Shown in pieces: positions 1 to 13,995 of a stretch of 64,000 nt of DNA (the first letter of the stretch is position 1; every line of letters starts with the position of its first letter). Both the position numbers and the translations under genes were made by a program. The DNA comes from Octopus vulgaris (Eukaryota), in contig OX597837.1 in assembly GCA_951406725.2 (NCBI GenBank), positions 3,596,001 to 3,660,000 of the forward strand. Direction: 5' to 3'. Under the pieces are notes generated by a model. It was not told where the DNA came from, did no database searches, and saw nothing but the letters and a program-made list of their open reading frames with translations.

Positions 1-118
1 GGCCTGCTCGCTTAGCCAGCGCGGTGGCGTCATTCGAAGGCTAAAACAATGCGAACGCATTGTGACCAGCGATGTGTAACGACATCTGATGGTCTGGTCG
101 GTCACGTGATCACGTGAG
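1..118. repeat. Terminal fragment of an interspersed repeat ending in tandem CACGTGAT before (TA)n
   Basis: GC-richer block ending GGTCACGTGATCACGTGA, cut by the window edge; family not determined. Confidence 0.35.
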
Positions 119-224
119 ATATATATATATATATATATATGATGTAACACACACAACACACGCACATATATCCTATATATAGGCGATACTCTGCCAGTTA
201 CAACGATATGTATTCCAGTTGCCC

Positions 225-507
225 TGGTCAATGAAAATCCTATTCGTGACATTAATGTGCAAGTGGCTGAGTCCTCCCAGAACACGCGTACCCTTAACGT
301 AGTTCTCTGGGTAATTCGGCATTACATAAAATGTGGCCAGAGTGGTGTTCAGAATTACGGGTAAAACCCATTTTTTGCCATCAGAGTGCATTGGAGCAAC
401 GCGAAATAACGTGTCTTACTCAAGGACAACACACGCAACCGAGAATGGAACTCACAACCTTACGATGGTGAGACGAATGTCCATACCATTCAGCCATGTG
501 CCTTCAC
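225..507 (-). mobile_element. Diverged tRNA-derived SINE (CORE-like), sharing its 3' module with the SINE at 10906
   Basis: The minus strand starts GTGAAGGCACATGGCTGAATGGTA (A-box-like) and has a CCTTGAGTAAGACAC CORE-like block. 238-320 is the reverse complement of about 11150-11236. Confidence 0.65.
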
Positions 508-521
508 TTTATATACATAAT

Positions 522-736
522 ACTCTCTTTTACTCTTTTACTTGTTTCAGTCATTTGACTGCGGCCATGCTGGAGCACCGCCTTTAGTCGAGCAATTCGA
601 CCCCGGGACTTACTCTTTTTGTAAGCCCAGTACTTCTTCTATCGGTCTCTTTTTGCCGAACCGCTAAGTGACGGGGACGTAAACACACCAGCATCGGTTG
701 TCAAGCAATGCTAGGGTAACAAAGACAGACACACAA

Positions 737-777
<41 letters not shown>

Positions 778-940
778 CGACAGGCTTCTTTCAGTTTCCG
801 TCTACCAAATCCACCCACAAGGCATTGGTAGGCCCGAGGCTATAGCAGAAGACACTTGCCCAAGATGCCACGCAGTGGGACTGAACCCGGAACCATGTGG
901 TTGGTTAGCAAGCTACTTACCACACAGCCACTCCTGCGCC
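522..940 (-). mobile_element. SINE family A, full length (tRNA-like head, internal TA/TG microsatellite, AAAAGAGT tail)
   Basis: Head GGCGCAGGAGTGGCTGTGTGGTAAG (A box), GGGTTCAGTCCC (B box), tail GGCGGTGCTCCAGCATGGCCGCAGTCAAATGACTGAAACAAGTAAAAGAG; about 20 copies in the window. Confidence 0.9.
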
Positions 941-1199
941 TATAATGCAACATAATACTACAGATTGGTGTTGCCTATGCATACAGTTACACAAAGCAAC
1001 CATGTGGTGCTTCCCACATACAGTCACATGTAGTGAGCCATGTGAAAGCTGAAATGTTATAACAAACTCGTAGTCTGGCACCTTATCGATACGATTATCA
1101 GTCACATGGCATCTTTTCTTTCCCATTCTCTCTTTCCCATATTTCTGTTTGTTTTATTTTCTTTCTTGTAAACGAAACGTTAGGCTTATCCTCATCTCT

Positions 1200-1216
1200 C
1201 TGTGTCTGTCTGCCTC

Positions 1217-1281
<65 letters not shown>

Positions 1282-1381
1282 ATGTATGTATGTATGTATG
1301 TATGTATGTATGTATGTATGTATGTCTGCCTGCCTATCTGTCTACTTACCTACCTACCTACCTAACTACCTACCTTCCTGC

Positions 1382-1448
<67 letters not shown>

Positions 1449-1483
1449 CCTACCTACCTATATGTATGTCTCTCTCTCTCCCC

Positions 1484-1556
<73 letters not shown>

Positions 1557-1576
1557 CCTATCTACCTATATGTAAG

Positions 1577-1675
<99 letters not shown>

Positions 1676-1676
1676 G
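1200..1676. repeat. Compound microsatellite (TCTG/TATG/TACC/TATC/TC)
   Basis: Directly visible tandem tetra- and dinucleotide arrays. Confidence 0.95.
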
Positions 1677-1885
1677 TTTCACTTCTTTCTCTCGTTCTGT
1701 TTCTATACATACATATATACATGCATATATACATACATATATGTAGGTACATAGATAGACGCATACACACTCCTTTATATGGTAGAGTTTAGAATATTCT
1801 GATGCTACTCAGAGCACAATCTAAAATACTACCATACAAGTAAATCTAGTAGCATGGAATAATCTCGATACCGACAACACAACAC

Positions 1886-1925
<40 letters not shown>

Positions 1926-2112
1926 GGTGGGTGGGGGGTACATGCGTGTGTGTGGGGGTGTACGTGCGTGTGTGTGTGTATGTATATGTCCACTTTTCCT
2001 CTTACTTTAAACTCAAGCGCATGTATTCATGTATATATATATATATATAAACATACATATATATATATATATATATATCTGTATGTATATACACATACAT
2101 ACATATATATAC

Positions 2113-2174
<62 letters not shown>

Positions 2175-2789
2175 GTATGTATATACACATACATACTTAC
2201 ATACAAAGAATTTCACAGAGTTGCATGCTTTATCTCATTATAGCATCGCCAGAGGTTGACCATTTGTCTGTGGTAGACATGTTCCAAGGCATTGGTCGTC
2301 TCACATATCACCAATTATGCTAATCTCAACTGGTTATCAAGTAAATCCTTCAGCGTAACAAGATCAATTCCACTCTAAATTATATGTTAGAAGTTATAAT
2401 AAAATTCCGGTTTTAACCTTGCAGCCATAGCTGTCACAAAATATCCATTATATTCACAATACAATGTTTCGTTGTTCTCTTGCTGGACTTCCTGCTCTCA
2501 TCCTACCCCGCCTGCTCACATGACTTCCTATCTATCTATCTGCTAGTTTGTCTGTCTGTCTATCTGTCTGTTTGCCTATCTGTCTGTTTGTCTGTACGTC
2601 GCTTCCTTTTGGCCATCCGCCTTTGTCTTTGTAAGTATTTATGTATTTCTCTTAGGGTATCTCTGACATTTTTCTTCTCTCTCTCTCTCTCTCTCTCTCT
2701 ACCTCTCTCTCAACCTCTCTCTCTTTCTCTTTCTCTTTCTCTCTCTCCAACATACCATTCATTATTTTTACGCTAGCATCCATTGTCAA

Positions 2790-3850
2790 ATACAACCGAC
2801 ATTATCACCACCTATAGGTAAAACTCGGAAATTTTCAGGTAGTCATTTGACTCGCGAGAAATAACCAGAAAATTTCCCTTAAATCATGCAGTTCCTTCTC
2901 CCAATAAAAGGAAGGAGATATTATCGCCACCTGTAGGCAAAATCCCGAACATGAACTCTATACCTCAACAGCGAAAGGCGACAACAGTCTATAGCATCTG
3001 CGTTATCCGATGCGCTGGCTCTCGCAGTGGGGCATCTGTTAAAATTGCAAGCTGGATTTGTGGGGCGCAGGCAGAAATCAACCTCGATTGCGGCCGACCG
3101 TCGGATGTGGTTTGTTTTGTTCCTTCTCGAGTCATGCCTGGCTCATAAGGGCCGGTTTCCCGGTTTCTTGGCGTATACGTTCCCCACCTGGACGAGACGC
3201 CGGTTCGTCGCAGGTGAGCTGCAAGATGCAGGAGGAAAGAGTGATAGAAAGTTGTGGAAAAAGAGTCAGCAGAAGTTCGCCATTACCTTCTGCCGGAGCC
3301 GCGTGGAACTTAGGTGTTTCGCTCATAAACACACACATCGCCTGGTCTGAGATTCGAACCGGCGATCCCTCGACCGCGAGTCTGCTGCTCTAACCATTAG
3401 GCCTTGTGCCTCCACTCGGATATGGTCAATATTCGTGAGAGATGTGGCGAACCCGTTGGTCGGAGCGAGGTCAACCCACTCCAGGTAAATTTCACCGCAA
3501 GCACAATAATGCAAGCAGGCAAAATCCAGGAACTTTCATGTAGTCATTTGGCTCCCGAGAGCTATAAAATCTTCCTCAAATTACGTATTACCGTCTTGCA
3601 AAAAAAAGAAAAGAAATATCGGGGACATTAAATAATGTTGTTGTTGCCAATGTCAATCGACATTATCACCACCTGTAGGGATAAATCGGAAACCGTCATG
3701 TGGCCATTTACCACGCGATAAAAGGTGCCAAATCTCAAACCAAACAATACATCTTACAAAAAGGAAGGAGCCATTAGACAATATAGTCTCGGGAAATGCT
3801 TTGACCTAAGATCTGCTCAGTCTATCCCGAACTGAGTCCAAGTTAATACA
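2790..3850 (+). repeat. Degenerate locally reiterated repeat remnant, interrupted by the SINE at 3112
   Basis: GACATTATCACCACCTRTAGG...GGAA...TCAtGTAGTCATTTG motif recurs at about 2798, 2921, 3536 and 3659. Confidence 0.45.
3112..3415 (-). mobile_element. SINE family C (tRNA-Arg-like head)
   Basis: The minus strand reads GTGGAGGCACAAGGCCTAATGGTTAGAGCAGCAGACTCGCGGTC...GGTTCGAATCTC. Flanked by an imperfect TSD TCGGATRTGGT (3101 and 3416). Confidence 0.8.
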
Positions 3851-3934
3851 ATTCACTACATATTAACCTCAAGAGTTAAAAGTCCCAATATTTTTCCCAC
3901 TCCAGTTAAAACTCCTTATACATACATACATACA

Positions 3935-3968
<34 letters not shown>

Positions 3969-4341
3969 CATACATACATACATACATACATGGTGGCTGC
4001 CCCCTCGTTATCGAGTATGGCCATTGCACGAAGCTTAATCGATGTTGTTATCGTGCAATGTCTGTGCAAGAACATTTTTTTTTAAAGTGAGGAAAGGCTG
4101 TGCACTGAGTCAATCCCACTCACTAAGAAACAGCAGCCATAATCCGAAAAGAAGAACAAGTCAACATCATCGGCAACCACTGAGCCGCAGGTTTTATGTC
4201 GGAGTTATCCCAGTTACCTGAGTTACCTTCTAGAAGGATGCCCTTACAAAGGCTAGGAGTCCATACATACATACATACATACATACATACATACATACAT
4301 ACATACACACACACACATACATACATACATACATACATACA

Positions 4342-4371
<30 letters not shown>

Positions 4372-4372
<1 letters not shown>

Positions 4373-4932
4373 CTCTTATTATAAAAGGCAGATTTTATCT
4401 GCCTCCCTTTGTCAGTTATAGAAATCTACAATATAGGATTTCTTCAATTACAATTTACCTAGCATTTTTAAGAGTAGAATGCATCGGGTTTTGCCAGGTC
4501 CGGTTTTTTAAATTTAAACTCCAATTAAGCAAAATTTACAGAAAACTCACATTCTGGTGTATATGTCAAATGCTTTTCTTAATGTGGTTTACACCACACG
4601 CAAACGCACACACACAGTGTGCAACGAATAAAATGAAAGTAATTGGAAGAGAGTAAATAGCGACAGAGTGATTTGAGGAAGACTAAACTGAAAGTATTTA
4701 AACCACTACTCAAAAAATAAAAAAACACAGCAAACAGAAACAAATAAATACATAACGATTTACTCCTCACACAATTTCTTCAATTAGAGTTTACCTAAGA
4801 TTCTTCAAAGTACTCCATTCGGTCATGCCATAATATATTTCTTTCAATTTCACCCCCAATTAAGACAAAATTCGAGAAAACTCAATATTTTAACATTTCA
4901 CTCCGAAAGCATTGATGTACATGTGTGCGTGC

Positions 4933-4985
<53 letters not shown>

Positions 4986-6076
4986 ATGGGTTGTGCGACA
5001 CAGAAAGTGTGGTGTGTAAGTGAAGTGCTTTTGTTAGTGTGTGTAAAGAGACAGACAGAGTGAAAGACAGAAATAATTGAACTTTTTTTATTCACTTTTT
5101 GTAGTGAGTGACTGAGAGAGAAAAGAGAGAGAGAGAGGTTATGTATGTATATATGTATGTATGGCTTCAGTGACACACACACACAAAAACACATACCTAC
5201 GTACACCTAAATCACGCACACACACACACACAAGCGGAGCGCGAACTTCAAAATTTTGGTAGTATTAATTTGCGAGCGTACTTCTAAGCGCGCGTAATTG
5301 AAAGTTTTCACTATGATATCATCACGTGCGAAAAAATTCGAAGGGTTTTGAACAATTGAGATACAGATGTCACGCCTGTATTGAAACCATTGCTAAGCTG
5401 CCGTAATTGCTTAATTAAGACTTTGTTTAAATTGAAAGGGGCAAATATGTGACGAGGTTGAAAAAAAATACCCCAGAAAAAAAAATGTACTGCTGGTATT
5501 TATATAATTCACTACTATTTTGCTACAATCTCATGAAAAAGAAAAAAATTTAAGTATGTAAATCGAATTCGCCACCCCCTTATCCCCGTTCGCGTTTGTG
5601 TAAAAAAAAAATATTATTTAAGTTTTTAAAATTATTTACTTTGTTCAAAAAATATTAATATTAATTAATTTTCAAGAATTATTTAATTTTATTCTGTAAA
5701 ATAGTAATTAATTCATTTATCTGTAAATCCGCGAGGTTGTTACTCAGGCACCTAGAATGGTAACCTTCAACTAACACTATCTCCTCCGAGACTCTGCGGC
5801 GCAAGTTGACCAAAATTGAGAGTATGATAGAAGAAGGGTTGCTCTTCCTTCCGTAGAACATAAAATTCAAATCGGACCATGTTAACACCAAAAATTATTT
5901 ACATCAAAAAGATGCTTTTTTCTATGAAAATCCCTATTTTTTACGATTTTTTCACTGCTGTGTCGCCACTTTTCGGTGTATTTCGACCAGAAAAATGTTC
6001 ACAAAATTTTTACTTTTCAAAATTACAATTCCAGCGGGTCGAAACAAACCCGAGCAACGCCGGGCGATACTGCTAG
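4372..6076 (+). mobile_element. Non-autonomous Helitron, apparently complete (about 1.7 kb)
   Basis: 5' TC start (TCTCTTATTATAAAAG), 3' GC hairpin CCCGAGCAACGCCGGG (6049-6064) then CTAG (6073-6076). Inserted between A and T with no TSD and no Rep/helicase ORF. Confidence 0.8.
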
Positions 6077-6129
6077 TAATATATAAAACATACATACATT
6101 TATACATACATGCTGACAGACAAACAGAC

Positions 6130-6680
6130 AGACATGTGCCTCTGCCAAATTAACTCTCAAGACATTGGCCGTCCAGAAGATTTAGTAGATTTAGTAGAAA
6201 GCACTTATCCAAGAGGCTGCACAGTTTAACTGAATCCGGAACCACGTGATTGAAGGGATAGTCTCTTAACAACATCCATCTTTGTGTTTGTTTTTCTTGT
6301 TTCGGGCATTAGATTGCGGTCATTCTGGGGCACCGCTTCGAGGAATTGTAATCGAACGATTCGACCCCAGTACAAATAAATTTTTTCTCTGAAACCTGGT
6401 ACTTGTTCTAGCAGTTTCTTTTGCCGCACCGCTAGGTTACGGGCCTGTAAACACGACAACAACAGATGTCAAGCGAGGCTGGTCAATAAACTCAAAGACA
6501 CACACTCACACACACACGAATATATGGAGGGCTTCTTTCAATTTCCATCTACCAAATCCACTCACAAGGCTTTGGTCAGGCCGTGGTTATAGTAGAAAGC
6601 ACTTGACCAAGGTCACACGCAATGGAACTGAACCCAGAACCATGTGGCTGGAAAACAAACTTCGTATCACTCAGCTACGT
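6130..6680 (-). mobile_element. Old diverged SINE family A-related copies (one partial, one near-full)
   Basis: CTTCTTTCA.TTTCC.TCTACCAAATCCACTCACAAGGCTTTGGTC and a degenerate tail are recognisable. Confidence 0.7.
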
Positions 6681-7157
6681 TTGCTCATCGCGATTGCTAT
6701 TCAATTCGTACATATTTTCTGAGTGAAGGTAATTCTTTTGAACTATTTATTTACTTAATAAATCTTCAACACAAATTGGATGTACAAGCGAATATTGGTT
6801 AAAATATCTTGTATTTATTTAATAACGCTCTCAATTTTTTCCACAATGCTTCATCTATCTTAATAGAAAAATCACAATATTCCAATAATTCTTTATCTAC
6901 TTATTTTATAATAATCACAGAATAAGATAATGATTAATCTGTGTGAGGCTTTTTATAATTTTTCTCTTTTCACAATTTCCAAGATTTTCTAAAAAATATA
7001 TATATATTGTGCAGAAGTTCTTTCTGTTAAAAACAATACAAAAACCAGTAACGGTGCTTCATATAATATAAAAAAAGGGTCTCAGACTAGTTATGAAACG
7101 TGAAAAGGTGGGGATGAGGATCCAAAAATTACTTCCGGATACCTAGATGTCTACTAG

Positions 7158-7253
<96 letters not shown>

Positions 7254-7530
7254 CTGGGGGAATATTATTCCTAACAGGGAAAAACTCAATTTAGAAATAC
7301 TAAATCAAATTTCACAAAATATAATATATATATATAGAAATTAGAAAAAAACACCTTTTATCAATTCAAAATGAACAATTAAATTACACCATCTAGAAAA
7401 TTACATATAATAGAAATATTAAATATAAAGTAACAATAATGTACCGATGATTAAAAAATGTGCAAAATAATAAGTAAAACATATATATTTGGTAGAATAA
7501 CGACACGTGTTTCGTGGCTATATTTAAGAA
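7254..7530 (-). mobile_element. Probable Penelope-like pLTR fragment with the 3' half of a hammerhead motif
   Basis: The minus strand reads GAAACACGTGTC (GAAA, palindromic stem III, GUC) at 7502-7513; the 5' CUGANGA half was not found. Confidence 0.35.
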
Positions 7531-7571
7531 ATGACTATAGTAAAAAAAATAATAGTAGTAGTAAAATCACT

Positions 7572-7611
<40 letters not shown>

Positions 7612-7758
7612 CACATACATACAACCCAAAAATTGTGATGCAAGAAACGTTTAACTTTGGAGCATCTTTTGTAACTTTAGTGCTAATTAAACTATACCTC
7701 ACCATGAATATATATATATTCTTTTTTTATACAGCACACAGAAACTCACATAAATGCA

Positions 7759-7832
<74 letters not shown>

Positions 7833-7897
7833 AATGTCTGTGTATCTGCCTATATATGATGGTCTAATTTTAATTGGCAGAAAAGTAACATATATAC

Positions 7898-7944
<47 letters not shown>

Positions 7945-8295
7945 TCTGCGTGCGCGTATGTCTATGTATGCATGTGCATATATAAATATCTGCATATGTG
8001 TATAATAAACAAAAACCGAAACAGTCTATATTCAAATGAGAGTTATCAAAGAGACAAGATTAAAATCTATCTTTAGAAAGTGAAGCTGTCAAAAGAATTT
8101 GCTTCAGATATACAGTCGTAGATAATTCTATTCCAGGAAGTAAGTCATACTTCGGGGATCTCATTGTGGATTACCAAACTTCAATGTTTTGTGAGAAGGC
8201 ATCATTAAATAAAGTTTCAATTCTTCACACAAAACTGTTCGTTGAGTTCCATTGACTAAGAGACCTAACATTCAATAGTCTCTCGATATATTCAA

Positions 8296-8541
8296 CTCTT
8301 TTACTCTTTACTCTTTTACTTGTTTTAGTCATTTGACTGCGGCCATGCTGGAGCACCGCCTTTAGTCGAGCAAATCGACCCCGGGATTTATTCTTTGTAA
8401 GTCCAGTACTTATTCTATCGGTCTCTTTTGCCCAACCGCTAAGTTACGGGGACGTAAACACACCAGCATCGGTTGTCAAGCAATGCTAGGGGGACAAACA
8501 CAGACACACAAACACACACACACATACACACACACACACAC

Positions 8542-8584
<43 letters not shown>

Positions 8585-8713
8585 TACGACAGGCTTCTTT
8601 CAGTTTCCGTCTACCAAATCCACTCACAAGGCATTGGTAGTCCCGGGGCTATAGCAGAAGACACTTGCCAAGGTTCGTTAGCAAGCTACTTACCACACAG
8701 CCACTCCTGCGCC
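8296..8713 (-). mobile_element. SINE family A with an internal deletion removing the B box
   Basis: Matches family A, but jumps from CACTTGCCAAG directly to GTTAGCAAGCTAC. Confidence 0.88.
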
Positions 8714-8876
8714 TGTTTATAAGTTTATTACAATTGCACCTGGACGTGCAATAATTTGGAATCACATATTCTAACATCGTAATTATGTACGAACGAGTAT
8801 CTTTGGAAGCCGTTAGCGCAGATTTATTTCAATTGTTAAAATATTAACTTCAAAGTGCTATCTGCTTTCCAATCTA

Positions 8877-9441
8877 TTGGGTTGTCTGGCAAGTTCGTGC
8901 TCATTTATAGTAGCTTATCTTTCGACTTATTTTAGAACATGGTTGAGTCCATAAAATAGGATTTTACTACACCTCCATTTAGAGCACAGTTTAAGTTATC
9001 TTTTCGTGGAAGAAGGCTTATGTTCCTATAACCTGTGTTAATTCTGTAACCCTTTAAAATGGAAGATAAGAAAATTCATTTTCGGTACTTGATGCTTTGG
9101 GAACCAGACACAAATTACTGCAGCTTAGCTGGGATGTGTTACCCCACCCTCCATATTCACCAGGTATTGCTCCTTCGGATTTCCACTTATTCGGGTCTCT
9201 GCAGAATAGTCTTAGTGGTAAAAATTTCAATTCCTTGGATGACGTAAAAAGATACCTTGATGAATTCTTTGCCATTAAACAACCTCAATTCTGGAAAGAG
9301 GGTATATCAGCTTAAAGGGAAGATGGAGACGCATTGTGTAACAGAATGGTTCATATTTGGTTGATTAAAAATGTAATGGCAAGTATTTATTGACCTTTTA
9401 CTTTCCTTTAAAAATCGGCAAGAACTTTCCGGACAATCCAA
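8877..9441 (+). mobile_element. Internally deleted mariner transposon (non-autonomous)
   Basis: TA-flanked TIRs TTGGGTTGTCTGGCAAGTTCGTGC / GGCAAGAACTTTCCGGACAATCCAA. The N-terminal MEDKKIHFRYLMLW is fused to the C-terminal HPPYSPGIAPSDFHLFGSLQN (mariner YSPDLAPSD motif). Confidence 0.9.
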
Positions 9442-9716
9442 TATTTGGCCTCTTCTTTTTGGAAGGTGTTAATTATCTTAATCCTTTAAGGTAGTGGGCT
9501 TGCAGAATCGTGAGCAAGCCGAACAAAATTCTTAACAACATCTCTGTCGGCTTTACGTTCTGAATTTTGATTCTGTCGAGGTTTGCTTTACTTTTCATAT
9601 TTTCGGGGACAAAAAAAAGTACGTATCAAATACTGGATTTGATATAATCACTTAGACTCCTCCCTCAAAATTCACATCTTGTGCCTATTGTAGAAAAGGT
9701 TGTTATCATTATTCAA

Positions 9717-10069
9717 AGCGGGAGCTAACAGAAACGTTAGCATGCCGGGCGAAATGCTGAGCGGCATTTCGTCTGCCGCTACGTTCTGAGTTCAAATTCC
9801 GCCGAGGTCCACTTTGCCTTTCATCCTTTCGGGGTCGATTAAATAAGGACCAGTTACGCACTGGGGTCGATATAATCGACTTGATCCATTAGTCTGTCCT
9901 TGTTTGTCCTCTCTATGTTTAGCCCCTTGTGGGCAATAAAGAAATAAGAATCGTTAGCACACCGGGCGAAATGCTTAGCGGTATTTCGTCTGCCGTTACG
10001 TTCTGAGTTCAAATTCCGCCGAGGTCGACTTTACCTTTCATCTTTTCGGGGTGGATAAATTGAGTACCA
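9717..10069 (+). mobile_element. SINE family B, tandem (full plus partial); an older copy lies at about 9490-9710
   Basis: GAGCT..CAGAAACGTTAGC...GAGTTCAAATTCC (B box), GACTTTGCCTTTCATCCTTTCGGGGTCGATAAA core, GTAAAGAAATA tail. Confidence 0.85.
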
Positions 10070-10171
10070 GAGATAATAGAATATGTACACTCATGTATCA
10101 AGTTCTATTTATCTTGTTTGTACAAGCAAATGAATGAATGAATGAATGAATCTATCTATCTATCTATGCAT

Positions 10172-10572
10172 TTATTTTTACTTGTTTCAGCCATTTGACT
10201 GTGGCCATGCTGGAGCACCGCCTATAGTCGAGCAAATCGACCCCGGGACTTATTCTTTGTAAGCCCAGTACTTATTTTATCGGTCTCTTTTTGCCGAACT
10301 GCTAAGTTACGGGGACGTTAACACACCAGCATCGGTTGTCACGCGATGTTGGGGGGATTAACACAGACACACAAATACGCACATACATATATATATATAT
10401 ACATATATACGACGGGCTTCTTTCAGTTTCCGTCTACCAAATCCACTCACAAGGCTTTGGTCGGCCCGAGGCTATAGTAGAAGACACTTGCCCAAGGTGC
10501 CACGCAGTGGGACTGAACCCGGTACCATGTGGTTGGTAAACAAGCTACTTACCACACAGCCACTCCTACGCC
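10172..10572 (-). mobile_element. SINE family A, full length
   Basis: Same head, body and tail as 522-940. Confidence 0.9.
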
Positions 10573-10905
10573 TATTTATAATATATTTTACAAACACATA
10601 ACACATACAGTACCACATGCGTGGTGTTATCCGATTTCCGTTCGGTAGCAAACACACGTGCTACCTTTTCGTCTGCTGTTGTGTGAATCCATTACAACAA
10701 TTGCGAAATAGCTTCAGCAATTCTGTAATGGCCTACTTGTGGTGGCATTCTACTGTTTTAAAAATAGCACTTGACGAAGAGGAGTGACCAACCATACCTG
10801 GAAAGCATATAGCACTTTAGGTTGCCATTCCAATCATTGAAATATATATTGCTACAAATGGTCTCCTTAAATCATGGCTTGCAGCTAACGTCGTTGTTAG
10901 AGGAA

Positions 10906-11302
10906 ATGTGGAGGCGCAATGGCCCAGTGGTTAGGGCAGCGGACTCGCGGTCATAGGATCGTGGTTTCGATTCCCAGACCGGGCGTTGTGAGTGTTTATT
11001 GAGCGAAAACACCTAAAAAAGCTCCACGAGGCTCCGGCAGGGGAAGGTGGTGATCCCTGCTGTACTCTTTCACCACAACTTTCTCTCACTCTTACTTCGT
11101 GTTTCTGTTGTACCTGTATTTCAAAGGGCCGGCCTTGTCACTCTCTGTGTCACGCTGAATATCCCCGAGAACTACGTTAAGGGTAAACATGTCTGTGGAG
11201 TGCTCAGCCACTTACACGTTAATTTCACGAGCAGGCTGTTCCGTTGATTTGATCGGATCAACCGGAACCCTCGTCGTCGTAACCGACGGAGTGCTTCCAA
11301 CA
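10906..11302 (+). mobile_element. SINE family C (tRNA-Arg-like head) with 11-bp TSD
   Basis: GTGGAGGCGCAATGGCCCAGTGGTTAGGGCAGCGGACTCGCGGTC...GGTTTCGATTCCC; TSD TGTTAGAGGAA at 10895-10905 and 11303-11313. Confidence 0.85.
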
Positions 11303-11809
11303 TGTTAGAGGAAGATTTGACTGCAGGCTATTGCATGTCCAGATAGAATCGCAATTAACTTTACACCTGGGTGTATGCAGACTATTGCACCTTACGTCTT
11401 TTTTGTCAATGGAACTCGACGAACAGTTTTATGTAAAGAATTGAAACTATCTTCAATTATTCCTTCTCACAAAACACAGAAGTTTGGTAATCCATTATGA
11501 GATCCCCAAAGAATGGTTTTCTTCTTGAAATAGAATTATCTATGTCTGTATATTTGAAGTAAACTCATTGAAATTCTTTTGCAATGCCACTTTCTAAAGA
11601 TAGATTTTATGTTTTCTCTTTTCTATCTGTTTCTTGAAAGCTTTCACCTTACGATTTTATTTGCTATTTGCTTCTTTTTGTACATACATACATACACACA
11701 CACATCCATCCATCCATCCATCCATCCATCCATACCTACATACATACATACATACATACATACATACATACATACATACATACATGCATAAGCATGCATA
11801 CATACATAG

Positions 11810-11893
<84 letters not shown>

Positions 11894-11939
11894 ATGTATG
11901 TATCCGACTGTCTCTCCATCTGTCTCTCAGTCTGTCTGC

Positions 11940-12001
<62 letters not shown>

Positions 12002-12610
12002 GCCAGTCTGTCTATATTTATATACGAATTCTTATTCTTCATATTGAACACAGAATAGCTTTTCATTAGAAAACAATAGCTTTTCATTAGATAAGTTTTG
12101 TTAGTTCGCTGGTTGGTCAGTCGGTGGTCGGTTGGTCGGTTGATCGGTTGGTCGGTTGGTGTAGTTGTGTGTCAAAGGGAGGTAAATCAATATCTTACGT
12201 AAGCATAAACGAATGATTGTACCAGTGTAAATTTAATTGTGTTATAGAATGTATGACAACAAAACAGCCGAACAATACGGAGAAAACGAGTTAGCCTTTC
12301 CCTGGCTACGAGAAATAACAGCTTAATCTGTTTGGCAGAATGGCCACTAACGAAGTCTCCCTTTACGATACCAGCCACCTTTGCACACATCTCTTCTACT
12401 TCGACTCAATCCCCTGGTCGCACACCTCACCCTCTCCCTGCTCTGTTTCTTACCTCTTGCACTTTTCCTGCTTCAACGCTCTCCTTCTGCTTGTTTACAC
12501 TCCCCTTCCCCGTGTCCCATTCTACCCTTTAATTTTCTAGCACAATGATGTGAACTTCTATTTGCCGATCTTATCACATTGATGAATAAAGCCGGTGTTA
12601 CGATAATATA

Positions 12611-12876
12611 TTTCTTTACTACCCATAAAGGGCTAAACACCGAGGGGACAAACAAGGACAGACAAAAGGATTAAGTCGATTACATCGACCCCAGTGCGTA
12701 ACAACCGATGCTGGTGTGTTTACGTCACCATAACTTAGCGGTTCGGCAAAAGAGACAGATAGTATAAGTACTAGGGTTACAAAGAATAAGTCCTGGGGTC
12801 GATTTGGTCGACTAAAGGCGGTGCTCCAGCATGGCCACAGTCAAATGACTGAAACAAGTAGAAGAGTAGAAGAGTA
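12611..12876. mobile_element. Fusion of a SINE B 3' half (minus strand) and a SINE A 3' half (plus strand)
   Basis: 12611-12701 is the reverse complement of the B tail; from 12702 ACAACCGATGCTGG runs to the family A tail. Confidence 0.8.
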
Positions 12877-13481
12877 TAGTTAAACAGACAGATAGATAGA
12901 TAGATAAATAGATAGACAGACAGATAGATGAGAAAAAGCGAGAGATGGGTCCTGTCACAACAGTGGAGTTTATCTTCTGTCCAAAATAATAGAGCTTCCA
13001 CCTGTGTCCCCACAAAGTTGCTTCGGCGTCAGTTATTGACGATCACGTTCTGGTTTTTCTCTCTCTCCTATTTTCTTTTTTTAATCTTTGCTAACTATCC
13101 TGTAGCATCATTTATCTTCGGCTGTTTCATTTAAAATATTGATTTGCATTGCCAGAGAAATCAACTTCTTGACATTTGAAACGCTATTATTCAGTCTTCT
13201 AAACATTTGACAACATAAAAGCAATTCTTGCTTAAACGTTAGCTTACAGCGTGGCCAACCCAACTATTGAACAAGCGAAAGTGAAAGTAAAATGAAAGGG
13301 GAAATGAAAAATACTAAAACGGAAACCACAAAATAGAGTTTCTGAGAACGGAATGTAAAAAAAATACATCGAGCTAAACAAAGACTGTGAAAACTGACTG
13401 GTATTCAGGCAGATGGGTAGCCATACACACACGCACACATTATAAATATATACATACTTATACACATACATAAATATATAT

Positions 13482-13712
13482 ATTTCTTTACTGCCCACAA
13501 GGGGTTAAACACAGAGGAGACAAACAAGGACAGACAAATGGATTAAGTCAATTATATCGAACCTAGTGCGTGACTGGTACTTAATTTATCGACCCCGAAA
13601 GGATGAAAGGCAAAGTCGACCTCGGCGGAATTTGAACTCAGAACGTAACAGCAGACGAAATACCGCTGAGCATTTCGCCCGGTGCGCTAACGTTTCTGCC
13701 AGCTCGCCGCCT
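13482..13712 (-). mobile_element. SINE family B, full length
   Basis: Reverse complement of GGCGGCGAGCTGGCAGAAACGTTAGC...GTAAAGAAATA. Confidence 0.9.
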
Positions 13713-13995
13713 TAATATACTTAAATATATATGCATACGCATGTATATATACGAGTCTTCTATTTGTTATTTCCATTGCAATGAATAATTTTTGCTCGCA
13801 CCATTTTTTGAAATAACAATATCACTAAAGAAAAATTCTCCTTCGTTGTACAGGAGTCGATTTGAACAGTAACTGGCTGAACTGACCAACCGTGTAAATG
13901 ACAGCACAACCCCCCCTACTCACACATTCACACACACACACGCACACACTCACACACACATTGATGTATAGAGCAGGTAATGATCTGTCTAAGGA

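Noticed and set aside
10908-10985. tRNA gene call for SINE heads (also 3340-3415, 30871 and others)
   Set aside because: A and B boxes are present, but there is no clean cloverleaf and each continues into a SINE body with a tail and TSD.
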